Assembly (NCBI GenBank): GCA_963674745.2
Contig: CAXXDV010000001.1
Coordinates: forward strand, 2,528,001 to 2,592,000
Direction: 5' to 3'
Length of the DNA: 64,000 bases
Origin: Desulfosudaceae bacterium
GTDB taxonomy: Bacteria > Desulfobacterota > Desulfobacteria > Desulfobacterales > Desulfosudaceae
Positions 25,518-34,469 of this stretch are shown here, piece after piece. Position numbers and translations under genes: made by a program. The notes under the pieces are model-generated. The model searched no databases. It had not been told where the DNA came from and saw only the letters and a program-made list of their open reading frames with translations. The number at the start of each line of letters is the position of its first letter. Position 1 is the first letter of the stretch.

Positions 25518-27452
25518 ATGAAAAAGATGAAAAATATTTTACTGGTAAACCCGAAGTATCGACTGGAAATTCGATGGATTTCCAGCAAGAAGGAAATTGA
25601 TGTAAAAGCGGATTATTTTCCGTTGGGTTTGGGCACTGTCGCGGCACTGACGCCTGAAGGCTGTCATGTGGACATATGGGATGAACTCGTCCGCGGGGAG
25701 GTCGAAAAAGCTGACCTTGACAAAAAGTACGATCTGGTCGGTGTCACCAGTCACAGCGCCAACCTCGGGCGGGCCAATGAAATAGGCGCCTATTTTAAAC
25801 AAAAGGGGATTCTTACGGCGATTGGCGGTCCCGGCGTTACATCAAACTCGCACCGATGCCGCAAGGGGTTTGATATCCTTTTTATAGGGGAAGCCGAACT
25901 GACCTGGCCCAGATTTGTAAGAGAGTGGCAGAGCGGCAGCTATAAACCCGAATACCGTCAGATTGACAAACCGGATATTTTGTCAAGTCCCGCGCCTGAC
26001 TGGCGAAGCATCGAATCTGATGTGGATAAATATGCCATGGGAACCGTCCAGACAACCAGGGGGTGCCCTATCGATTGCGAGTTCTGTGACGTCATCTATC
26101 TGCATGGCCGCCGGCAGCGCTATAAATCCATTGACCAGATATTGAAAGAAGTCCGGGCACTCGAGCAGCTGGGGGTAGAAAGCATCTCTTTTAACGATGA
26201 TAATTTTACGATCGCGCACAAAAGGGCTAAAGATGTATTGCGGGCATTAATCACCTTGAACAACTCTTTTTCAAAACCGTTGCGGTTCATGACCCAGTTG
26301 GGCATTGACATCAGCCGGGATGAAGAAATGCTGGAGCTGCTGGCAGACGTCAATATGTATGAAGTGCTGATAGGCATTGAATCCCCGAATAAAGATTCTT
26401 TAAGAGAGGCCGGTAAATTTAACAATTTGAAAGGAGACCTGGTCGCCGAAGTGCGCAAGGTGCTTTCCTATGGCATTGCCGTGCGGGGCGCCATGATTAT
26501 CGGCTTTGATCATGATGACCAGGATATCTTTGAGCAGCAGTATCAATTTATCCAGGAGACCTGCCTGCCTTCTATCTCCATGCACATGCTTAATGCGCCG
26601 GTGGGCACCAGGCTGTGGCGCAGACTCCATGCGGAAGGGCGGGTGATAGACGCTTTTGCCATAGCGGACAAATCCACCCAGCGGCTGTTTAACAACATTA
26701 TCCCAAAGCGCATGAGCAGAGTGGAGCTGATGGAGGGATTTGCGGATTTGTACGAAAAGCTTTTTAGCTGGGAAAGTTTTAAGGAACGCATGTTCGGATT
26801 CGTTTCGCTGGTAAACCGCCCGCCCAAAATCCTGAGGGAAGAAGAGTCATTGCAGGAGCTGCTGGCCCTTGGGCCGGACATGAACCTTGACAAGGAATCC
26901 TGTGGCGCCCTGGCTGAAATTTTCGAGTTCACTGATAAAACGGCGCCATTCTTGCTGGGGCGGGTCAGGGAACTGGCCATCCAGTTTGTCCGGTACCGTC
27001 ACTCCGCGTATGACTTTATTCCGGGCTTGAGGCAGCAGATAGAGCTGGAATCTTCGGGTAAACTGCAGATCAAACTCGACGACAGGCCGATTCCGATACC
27101 GGATGGTTTCAGGCAGGAATTTGATGCCATATTTCCGTCTGTACAGCAGCGGGCGGTCCGGAATCTGATTGATAAAAGTAAGGTTCCCGAAGTGCTGGTC
27201 GATGTTTTTGTGGACTTTCTTATCCATGAAGAGGGCTTCAGTAAACTGGAGGATTATCATATCACTTACCTGAACGAAATCGTCGACAGTGCCTGTACCA
27301 GGGTGAACGGACAGGCGCCGGCAGGCGCCGTACCGGCGGAGACCGCGGATAACGGGGGCGGGGATGAAAACAGTAAGCGCCTGAAGGATGATGTTCTGAT
27401 CGGCGTGGAGCACGAACTTATGAAAATGCAGCTCGCGCAGCAGGCGGTTTGA
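25518..27452 (+). CDS. B12-binding radical SAM protein with a long C-terminal extension
   Basis: ILLVNP, PLGLGTVAALTP, IGGPG, GEAE, TTRGCPIDCEFC, DDNF, IGIES and IIGFDHD. Confidence 0.9.
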   Translation: MKKMKNILLVNPKYRLEIRWISSKKEIDVKADYFPLGLGTVAALTPEGCHVDIWDELVRGEVEKADLDKKYDLVGVTSHSANLGRANEIGAYFKQKGILTAIGGPGVTSNSHRCRKGFDILFIGEAELTWPRFVREWQSGSYKPEYRQIDKPDILSSPAPDWRSIESDVDKYAMGTVQTTRGCPIDCEFCDVIYLHGRRQRYKSIDQILKEVRALEQLGVESISFNDDNFTIAHKRAKDVLRALITLNNSFSKPLRFMTQLGIDISRDEEMLELLADVNMYEVLIGIESPNKDSLREAGKFNNLKGDLVAEVRKVLSYGIAVRGAMIIGFDHDDQDIFEQQYQFIQETCLPSISMHMLNAPVGTRLWRRLHAEGRVIDAFAIADKSTQRLFNNIIPKRMSRVELMEGFADLYEKLFSWESFKERMFGFVSLVNRPPKILREEESLQELLALGPDMNLDKESCGALAEIFEFTDKTAPFLLGRVRELAIQFVRYRHSAYDFIPGLRQQIELESSGKLQIKLDDRPIPIPDGFRQEFDAIFPSVQQRAVRNLIDKSKVPEVLVDVFVDFLIHEEGFSKLEDYHITYLNEIVDSACTRVNGQAPAGAVPAETADNGGGDENSKRLKDDVLIGVEHELMKMQLAQQAV

Positions 27453-27515
27453 GACGTCGAATAGGCATCCGCTGAAAAAGGGCGAAAGACAAAAATGATT
27501 TCTTGAGAGAATAAA

Positions 27516-28931
27516 ATGGAAGATTTTGTCCCTCAGCTTGAAGGACTGGGCCTTAGCCCGCAGTCACAATTGTTGGTGGCCTATACGCATTTTATGAACG
27601 GGGATGGGGCTCAGGCGATCCAGCGATGTAAAAACGCCCTGAAGATGAACCCTAAATACACCGACGCCCACCTGCTGCTGGCCAAGGTATACGCCGGTCT
27701 TGGAAACAGCGACGAGGCGATGGCGGCGTGCAGGGATGCCCTGGCCGTCGATCCGGATCTGGCCAAAGGTTTCCTGATGCTGGGATCAATTTATCAGGAC
27801 CAGGGTTCGTATCCTGAAGGGATCGCCGCCTGCCGGAAATCGCTGAAAATCGATCCGGATGATCCGACAGGTCATTTTCTGCTTGGCGAGATGTATGCCC
27901 TGCAGGAACAGTTTGAGGATGCCGTGCGTGCCTTCCAAAAGGCCCTGAAATTAAATCCGCAGCTTGAGCTGGCGTATTATAAACTTGCCGCCGCATACCA
28001 GGCGCAGGGGATGACTGCTGAAGCCCTGCAAGAGGTGAGAAAAGCGTTAGAGCTGAATCCCATTGTGGCCCGCACGAGAATCCTTTTAGGTGACATTTAT
28101 TTTGCCCAAAAAGAGTACGAAAAGGCCCTTTCCGAATATCAGGAGGCCCTTACAAACAATCCGCAACTGGCCGAAGCACATCAAAAAGCAGGTGAAGCCT
28201 ATTTCAAGCTGGAGAAGACCCACCAGGCTATTTTGGAGTATCGGATTTCATTGCTCATTAACGCAAAATCGGTTGAGGCCCATGTCGGGCTTGCCCATAT
28301 TTATTTTACGACCGGCCGGTATGGCGTGGCGGTTTCCGAATATAAGGCGGCCTTGCATTTGAATCCACATTTATTGTCGGCTCGTGCCGGGCTTGCCGAT
28401 GCCCATGTCATGAATGAACAGTATGCGGAGGCGGTCGATCAATATCGCGCCGCCCTTGAACTGGCAGAGGTTAAATGTGAATCCGGCGATCAATGCCTGG
28501 AAAATGAGCAATATAATGAGGCGATTGCTTTATACCGGTCAACACTGGGCCTGGATGAGGCGCTGCATCCCGTTCATGACAAAATCAAGACAAGCAGTTC
28601 ATGGCATCCTCTGGTAAGCAGGAGGAAGCATGAACGGATCCCGATGAGAGTCCCTGCGGAGATCCGGACGAAGGATGGTGTTCCTTACAGTGTCGAGAGC
28701 GTTGATGTTTCTAAGCAGGGTATTTTAATTGAAAGCAGCAAGCCCATACAGGTCGGTTCTGAAGTAGAGGTTTTGCTTTTGCCTGAAGGCGAAAAAGATG
28801 CGATCCCCCTTGTCGGCCGGGTTGTCAGGGTCGCAAACCCGGATCGTCCTGACAAGCAGTTCGGGATTGAGCTGGCACCCGATGCCGATGATGCGTGGGG
28901 TGCTATTTTAGGTGAGGACTGTATCATGTAA
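27516..28931 (+). CDS. TPR-repeat protein with a C-terminal PilZ domain
   Basis: About nine TPR units (A...LG.....G....A.....KAL..NP); C-terminal SRRKHERIP and DVSKQG. Confidence 0.88.
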   Translation: MEDFVPQLEGLGLSPQSQLLVAYTHFMNGDGAQAIQRCKNALKMNPKYTDAHLLLAKVYAGLGNSDEAMAACRDALAVDPDLAKGFLMLGSIYQDQGSYPEGIAACRKSLKIDPDDPTGHFLLGEMYALQEQFEDAVRAFQKALKLNPQLELAYYKLAAAYQAQGMTAEALQEVRKALELNPIVARTRILLGDIYFAQKEYEKALSEYQEALTNNPQLAEAHQKAGEAYFKLEKTHQAILEYRISLLINAKSVEAHVGLAHIYFTTGRYGVAVSEYKAALHLNPHLLSARAGLADAHVMNEQYAEAVDQYRAALELAEVKCESGDQCLENEQYNEAIALYRSTLGLDEALHPVHDKIKTSSSWHPLVSRRKHERIPMRVPAEIRTKDGVPYSVESVDVSKQGILIESSKPIQVGSEVEVLLLPEGEKDAIPLVGRVVRVANPDRPDKQFGIELAPDADDAWGAILGEDCIM

Positions 28932-29018
28932 GGCCGCAAAGAAAAAACCAGTGCCGCCCAGGCGGCGGGCTGCATTGCGCTGCATTCGTCAGAATCTGCG
29001 CGTCTTGGTGTCGAACTT

Positions 29019-31364
29019 TTGGCTTTGCCGTCGAAAATACAATTTTCTGAAGTAAAGACGGGTTACGGATTGCAAAAAATACTTCCAAAATATTGTGCAG
29101 ATGTGGAAATTGTGCCGAGATTGGGCAAAGAGGGCGTATTCCGTTATCTTGTCGTTGCCCCGGCTTCTGATGAAGTATATGAGATTGGCGAAAAAGAATA
29201 CTTTATCTTCAAGCAGTTCAATGGAGAAACAGCGCTTGAAACGATACCGGAACGGTTTTTTAACCACTTTAATATCCCATTGAATAAGGATTATCTGGAA
29301 TCTTTTGTTATTCATTTAACATCATTGGGATTGCTGGAATCAGATGCGTCCACAATTGAAGAACATGCCGCTCAAGATGATGACATTAACGGCATTAAGA
29401 TATTTGATCCTGACCGGTTGTTGACCTTTTTGTCGCAGATTTGCTGGTGGTGCTTTACACCTTTTTTTCTGATGTTCACCGGTATTACTTTATTTGTGGC
29501 AATGGGCGTTTTATTTAAATACGGCGGTGACTTGATTTTTGAGGTTCAAATTCTCTGGGAACCGGGTTTTTTCTTCTTTTTCCCTTTATTGGGTATTTTT
29601 GTTATCCAGGTGGCATGTGAGATGGTAAAAGGTATGACCTGTAAATATTACGGGGGGCATGTCCATGAATTCGGCGTATGGTTTGTTTTTAAAATAATTC
29701 CCTTTTTCTATTGCGACCTGACCGATGCCCTGTGGATGGAAAATCAATCCAACCGCAAAAAGATTCTGTCCGCCGGGATTGTTTTCCACTTGTTGCTCTG
29801 GTCCATGGGTATCATCGGCTGGTATGACACACACACCGGATCAAAAATAAACTTGTTTTTTATAATCTTTATCTGTGTTTCTACACTTTATTTGTTTTAT
29901 TCCGTTAATCCGTTTTTTCAACGGGACGGTTATACGCTTTTGAGTGTTTGGCTTAAAACGCCGGATTTGAGAAGCCGGGCGATCAATTTCTGGAAGCACT
30001 GGTTTTTTAAAAAACCGCTGCCTGAACCACTGACAAAAAAACAAGTGCGCAGGTTTAAAGTTTATGGGTTGTCATTGTTTGGATTTCATTTTGTCTTCTG
30101 GTCGGCGCTGTTGGGGTTCATTGGATACCTTCTTGTAGACCTTTTAAATGGAATCGGCGCGATCTTATTTTCAATAATCCTGTTTTTCAGGTTTAACAAT
30201 TATTTGAAGAGGATACCCATGGAATTATTCAATTTTAAAAGGGTTTTATTAAATGAGAACGGCATGGCCAGCCTGCCGGTCAGACGGTTTATTAAATTTG
30301 GCATACCAATACTCATTATTCTGGTTATGCTGATACCCTACCCGTTTTCTGTCGGCGGCGATTTCCGTATCGTGCCTGAAAATCAGCTGGGCATTCGTGC
30401 GCAGGTGGCCGGGGAAATCGGGGAAGTCTTTGTCACGGAAGGGGAATTTGTAGAAGAGGGGCAACCTGTTGCCGTTATGGTCGGACGGGAGCAACGGAAA
30501 ACAGTCGATGAAGTCCAGGCCTCTCTGGACGAGGTGCATGCCAGGCTGGAACTTCTCCGGCAAGGCGCCAAAACCGAAGAGATCCAGCGGGCTGAACAGG
30601 AAGTGGCGACCGCGGCAAAAAGTTTAGAGTACAGCAGCCTTCAAGCCGATAGAAGTGAAGGTATGTTTAAAAACAAGGCGATTTCAGAGCAGGATTATGA
30701 GAACGCTTTAAAGCAGCGTGATCTGGATAAAGAAAAGCTTGAACTGGCCAAAAAGAACCTCGAGCTTGTTAAAAGCGGTGCCCGTGATGAAGCGATCAAG
30801 GCCCTTGAAGCAGAAGAAAGACGCCTGCAAGTCCTTTTTGAGAACGCAAATGAAGATTTGAAGCAAACAACAATGCTCAGTCCTGCTGACGGCAGAATCA
30901 TCACCCCTTTTGTCTCCCAGACCGTGGGGCAATACCTGCAGGTTGGTGACCTGCTCGCTGTGGTTGAACAACCGGGTAATATTATAGCCGAAATACAGTT
31001 GTCCGAAGAAGATGTTGGAGAAGTTGATGTGGGCGCAGAGACCAGGTTAAAGACCTGGGCTTTTCCTCATAATGTGTATTCAGGAAAAGTGCTGGCCATT
31101 GCACCGGTCGCGTTTGAAAAAAGTAAGGGCCGAATCGATCGTGCATTATCTGAAAGAGAATGGCGTGTTGAACAAAAAGAACTGATTCGAAAAAAGGGAA
31201 AGGTTGTAAGGATTATTTCAAGTATGGAAGATCCCGATGGCCTCTTAAAAACAGATATGACCGGATACGGCAAAATCAGATGTGGCTGGCGGCCGGTGGG
31301 GATTGCTTTTACGCGATGGCTGAACCGGTTTATCTTTGTAGAGGTATGGTCATGGCTGCCATAA
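29019..31364 (+). CDS. Fusion of a PqqD/RRE-like domain, an M50 (site-2 protease)-like membrane domain with a degenerate active site, and a HlyD-family membrane fusion domain
   Basis: N-terminal YEIGEKEYFIFKQFNG...LTSLGLLE; CEMVKGMTCKYYGGHVHEFGV, FFYCDLTDA, AGI and NPFFQRDGY; HlyD lipoyl half-motifs GEIGEVFVTEGEFVEEGQ and SPADGRI with a coiled coil. Confidence 0.8.
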   Translation: MALPSKIQFSEVKTGYGLQKILPKYCADVEIVPRLGKEGVFRYLVVAPASDEVYEIGEKEYFIFKQFNGETALETIPERFFNHFNIPLNKDYLESFVIHLTSLGLLESDASTIEEHAAQDDDINGIKIFDPDRLLTFLSQICWWCFTPFFLMFTGITLFVAMGVLFKYGGDLIFEVQILWEPGFFFFFPLLGIFVIQVACEMVKGMTCKYYGGHVHEFGVWFVFKIIPFFYCDLTDALWMENQSNRKKILSAGIVFHLLLWSMGIIGWYDTHTGSKINLFFIIFICVSTLYLFYSVNPFFQRDGYTLLSVWLKTPDLRSRAINFWKHWFFKKPLPEPLTKKQVRRFKVYGLSLFGFHFVFWSALLGFIGYLLVDLLNGIGAILFSIILFFRFNNYLKRIPMELFNFKRVLLNENGMASLPVRRFIKFGIPILIILVMLIPYPFSVGGDFRIVPENQLGIRAQVAGEIGEVFVTEGEFVEEGQPVAVMVGREQRKTVDEVQASLDEVHARLELLRQGAKTEEIQRAEQEVATAAKSLEYSSLQADRSEGMFKNKAISEQDYENALKQRDLDKEKLELAKKNLELVKSGARDEAIKALEAEERRLQVLFENANEDLKQTTMLSPADGRIITPFVSQTVGQYLQVGDLLAVVEQPGNIIAEIQLSEEDVGEVDVGAETRLKTWAFPHNVYSGKVLAIAPVAFEKSKGRIDRALSEREWRVEQKELIRKKGKVVRIISSMEDPDGLLKTDMTGYGKIRCGWRPVGIAFTRWLNRFIFVEVWSWLP

Positions 31365-31373
31365 GGAGGTCTG

Positions 31374-32780
31374 ATGAGAATCGCAAAAACAAATAAAAGA
31401 TATCGCATCATCAGTTTGGTCCAGGCAATTTTAGTGCTCATTATGTTGCCGTCTTTTGCCTTTTCCGGACCGTCTCCGCAACTTGTTACGCTGGACGATG
31501 CCTTTGCTCGTGCCATAACCATTGATGAGCGGATCAAAATAGCCGAAAGAGAAATTACGAAAAGCCATATTCTTTCTGACAAAGCGGCAACTTATTTCTG
31601 GCCGAGCATGTCTGCATATGGCGGGTATTTCGAGGCGAATGAAGAGGTCAGAATCGGATCTTATACCGCAACCTCGGCCACCGGCCTTGGACCTTTTGAT
31701 GTCGCTCCGGTTGACAGAAATGTGATCACGCCCAAGGGCGAATGGCGGGGAAAATTCGAGTTTTTGCAGCCGCTTTACAGAGGGGTGTACTTCCCATTAA
31801 AAGACCAGGCAGAGAGAATTATCGAAAGAAGCACGGAAACGTTCTATCAGACTGTGCAGGATACGCTGCTCGAGGTCGAGCGGGTTTACTTCGAAATTTT
31901 AAAAATCAAGGAACTGGTGCTAAACGCCGAAGAGATTTGCAAACTGGCTCAAGAGGAGCTGGACATTGCAAAAGTTAAATTCGAGGCCGGCCAGGCGACG
32001 GAAGATATCGTTCTCAAGGCCGAACTTTATGTTACAGAAGCGGAACGAAAAAAAATCGAATACCGCAATGACCTGAGATCGGCCAAAGACGGCCTGGGAA
32101 ATCTGATCGGAATAGAGAACGTGTGCACGGATTTTGATGTCGTTAAACCGCATATGCGAACGGTTCCCGGAATGGATTACGAGTTTTTGTTAAATATCGC
32201 CTTTGAAAACAGATACGATCATGAAATCGCATTATTGAACGTGAATGTGGCCGAGTCTGATGTCGATATTGTAAAGGCAAGGTTTCATCCGACACTTCAG
32301 GCGAGCTGGGATTATTACATATCTGACCATGAAACCCTCAGCCGGGACAATGAATCCTGGATCGCCGCCATAACCATGGAGATACCGATTTTAGAGGGTA
32401 CGTTGCGCTTCCGTGATCTGAAGGAGAAAAAAGAGGCGCTGAGTCAGGCGCGACTTAATCTGGACGCAAGAAAAAAGAAAATCAGGATACAGGTTCAGGA
32501 TGCTATTCTTCAGGTCGATAGTTTTGAAGGCATTCTTAAGAACCTGGAAAAACAGGTGGAGCTGGCTCAAAAAAACTACGACATTATATCAACCCAGTTT
32601 GAGTATGGATCGGCCACCAGCCTGTATTTGAATGAGGCGCTGACGGATCTGGACTCGGCTAAAACCGCATTAATTCATGCCACCTACAGCCAGCAGCAGG
32701 TCCTGATTGATCTTGAAAGGGTCCTGGGGATATATGCACATGATTATATTAACAGCATAATTGAAGAGAAAGAGGAATAG
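31374..32780 (+). CDS. TolC-family outer membrane efflux protein
   Basis: AGGAGG RBS; signal peptide; TLDDAFARA, QPLYRG, YFEIL, KFEAGQAT, IPILEG and FEYGSAT. Confidence 0.88.
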   Translation: MRIAKTNKRYRIISLVQAILVLIMLPSFAFSGPSPQLVTLDDAFARAITIDERIKIAEREITKSHILSDKAATYFWPSMSAYGGYFEANEEVRIGSYTATSATGLGPFDVAPVDRNVITPKGEWRGKFEFLQPLYRGVYFPLKDQAERIIERSTETFYQTVQDTLLEVERVYFEILKIKELVLNAEEICKLAQEELDIAKVKFEAGQATEDIVLKAELYVTEAERKKIEYRNDLRSAKDGLGNLIGIENVCTDFDVVKPHMRTVPGMDYEFLLNIAFENRYDHEIALLNVNVAESDVDIVKARFHPTLQASWDYYISDHETLSRDNESWIAAITMEIPILEGTLRFRDLKEKKEALSQARLNLDARKKKIRIQVQDAILQVDSFEGILKNLEKQVELAQKNYDIISTQFEYGSATSLYLNEALTDLDSAKTALIHATYSQQQVLIDLERVLGIYAHDYINSIIEEKEE

Positions 32781-32825
32781 GCGTTTTGCCCAATGCTTTA
32801 TTGCTTTGTGAGCGGGGAGTTTTAA

Positions 32826-33434
32826 ATGACTGACGCGCGTTCAGGGAAGGAACCTCAAGACCGGGTTGTTATCGTATCGGGGTTGCCCCGGTCGGGAACA
32901 TCAATGATGATGCAGATGCTTGAGGCCGGCGGGGCAGAGATTGTGACAGATGGTGTCCGTAAGGCGGACAATGATAACCCCAAAGGATACTATGAGTTCG
33001 AAAAAGTTAAGCAGATGCACGGTGGCACGGAATGGCTTGATGACTGTCCCGGCAAGGCCATAAAAATGGTTTCCCCCCTTTTGTCCCGGTTACCGGATGA
33101 CAGGTCGTACAAGGTTATTTTTATGCGAAGAGACCTTAAGGAGGTCCTTGCCTCTCAAAATGTCATGCTGAAACGGTTGGGACGACAGGGCGCCAATATT
33201 TCCGACGAGGAAATGATTGAGAAATTTGATGCTCATTTGCATGAAGTGGTGGGTTGGCTTGCTGATAAACATAATTTTGATGTTTTATACATTGATTTTA
33301 AAGATGTTGTCCGGCATCCGCATGAAACTGCGGTCGCTGTTAACCGGTTTTTAGAAAAAGCCCTGGATACCACCGCCATGGGTAATGTTGTTGAGCAAAA
33401 GCTTTACCGCCAGAAAAGCGGGGAAGGCGAATGA
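32826..33434 (+). CDS. Sulfotransferase-family protein
   Basis: PAPS-binding loop IVSGLPRSGTSMMMQML; NPKGYYE; 3'-phosphate-binding-like IFMRRDLKEVLASQ. Confidence 0.85.
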   Translation: MTDARSGKEPQDRVVIVSGLPRSGTSMMMQMLEAGGAEIVTDGVRKADNDNPKGYYEFEKVKQMHGGTEWLDDCPGKAIKMVSPLLSRLPDDRSYKVIFMRRDLKEVLASQNVMLKRLGRQGANISDEEMIEKFDAHLHEVVGWLADKHNFDVLYIDFKDVVRHPHETAVAVNRFLEKALDTTAMGNVVEQKLYRQKSGEGE

Positions 33435-33479
33435 TTGACGGCAAGCCGTCATGCCGGCAAATAGAAATGATAAGCGGGA

Positions 33480-34469
33480 TCAGTCTTTGTAACCGTGCGG
33501 ATGGGCCCGATGCCACTCCCAGGCAGTGGCGATGATGTCACGCAGTTCCGTGAAGGCGGGCTTCCAGCCAAGGTCTTTGAATGCTTTGTCGCTGGCGCTG
33601 ACCAGTTCACCCGGATCTCCGGCACGCCGGCCGGTGATTTCGACCGGAATTGATTTGCCGGTTACCCTACGGGCGGTTTCGATAATTTCCTTTACCGAAT
33701 AGCCGCCGCCATTGCCGAGGTTGTATCTGTCACCGGGATGGCCGTTCAGGAGTTTTTCCAGGGCCAGCAGGTGCGCCTGCGCCAGATCGTTGACGTGGAT
33801 ATAGTCGCGAACACAGCTGCCGTCCCGGGTAGGATAATCATCGCCGAAAATTTGGACCATTTCACGAATGCCCAGGGCGGTCTGCAGGACCAGGGGGATG
33901 AGGTGCGTCTCCGGCCGGTGATCCTCACCGATTTCACCCTCAGGGTCGGCACCGGAGGCGTTAAAGTATCTTAAGGAGATGTATTTCAACTCCCCGGCAG
34001 TGCTCAAATCCTTAAGGATCTGTTCAACCATTAATTTTGATCTGCCATAGGGGTTGATGGGATTCTGGGGGTGCTTTTCGGTCATGGGCGTTTTGACCGG
34101 TTCGCCGTAGGTCGCACAGGAAGAGGAAAAGATCAGGTTGTGAACCCGGTGCCGCTTCATGGCCTCCAGCAGGTTGATGGTGGCAAAGACATTATTATGG
34201 TAATAAATCAACGGGTTATTGACAGACTCATTGACATAGCAGGAAGCCGCAAAGTGCATAACGGCTGCGGGGTGATGCTCGGTAAAAATCCGGTCCAGCA
34301 GGGTGGTGTCCTCCAGGGATCCTTCGAAAAGCGGGCCCCATCGCACGGCCTGACGGTGGCCTGTTGTCAGGCTGTCTACCACGATGGGTTGATAACCGTT
34401 TGCTTTTAAATGTTTGCACATGGTTGAACCGATATAGCCGGCCCCACCGGTCACTAAAATATCTGTCAT
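33480..34469 (-). CDS. galE: UDP-glucose 4-epimerase
   Basis: ILVTGGAGYIGS, HFAA, FSSSCATYG, NPYGRSK, LRYFNASGAD, THLIP and RDYIHV. Confidence 0.95.
   Translation of the reverse strand: MTDILVTGGAGYIGSTMCKHLKANGYQPIVVDSLTTGHRQAVRWGPLFEGSLEDTTLLDRIFTEHHPAAVMHFAASCYVNESVNNPLIYYHNNVFATINLLEAMKRHRVHNLIFSSSCATYGEPVKTPMTEKHPQNPINPYGRSKLMVEQILKDLSTAGELKYISLRYFNASGADPEGEIGEDHRPETHLIPLVLQTALGIREMVQIFGDDYPTRDGSCVRDYIHVNDLAQAHLLALEKLLNGHPGDRYNLGNGGGYSVKEIIETARRVTGKSIPVEITGRRAGDPGELVSASDKAFKDLGWKPAFTELRDIIATAWEWHRAHPHGYKD

Noticed and set aside
27453..29340. RiPP system, suggested by the PqqD/RRE-like domain, M50 domain and radical SAM enzyme
   Set aside because: No plausible precursor peptide ORF in the short intergenic gaps, and the protease zinc motif is degenerate.
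33436..33451. Hairpin TGACGG-CAAG-CCGTCA between the sulfotransferase and galE as a terminator
   Set aside because: 6-bp stem with no U-tract on either strand; too weak to call.
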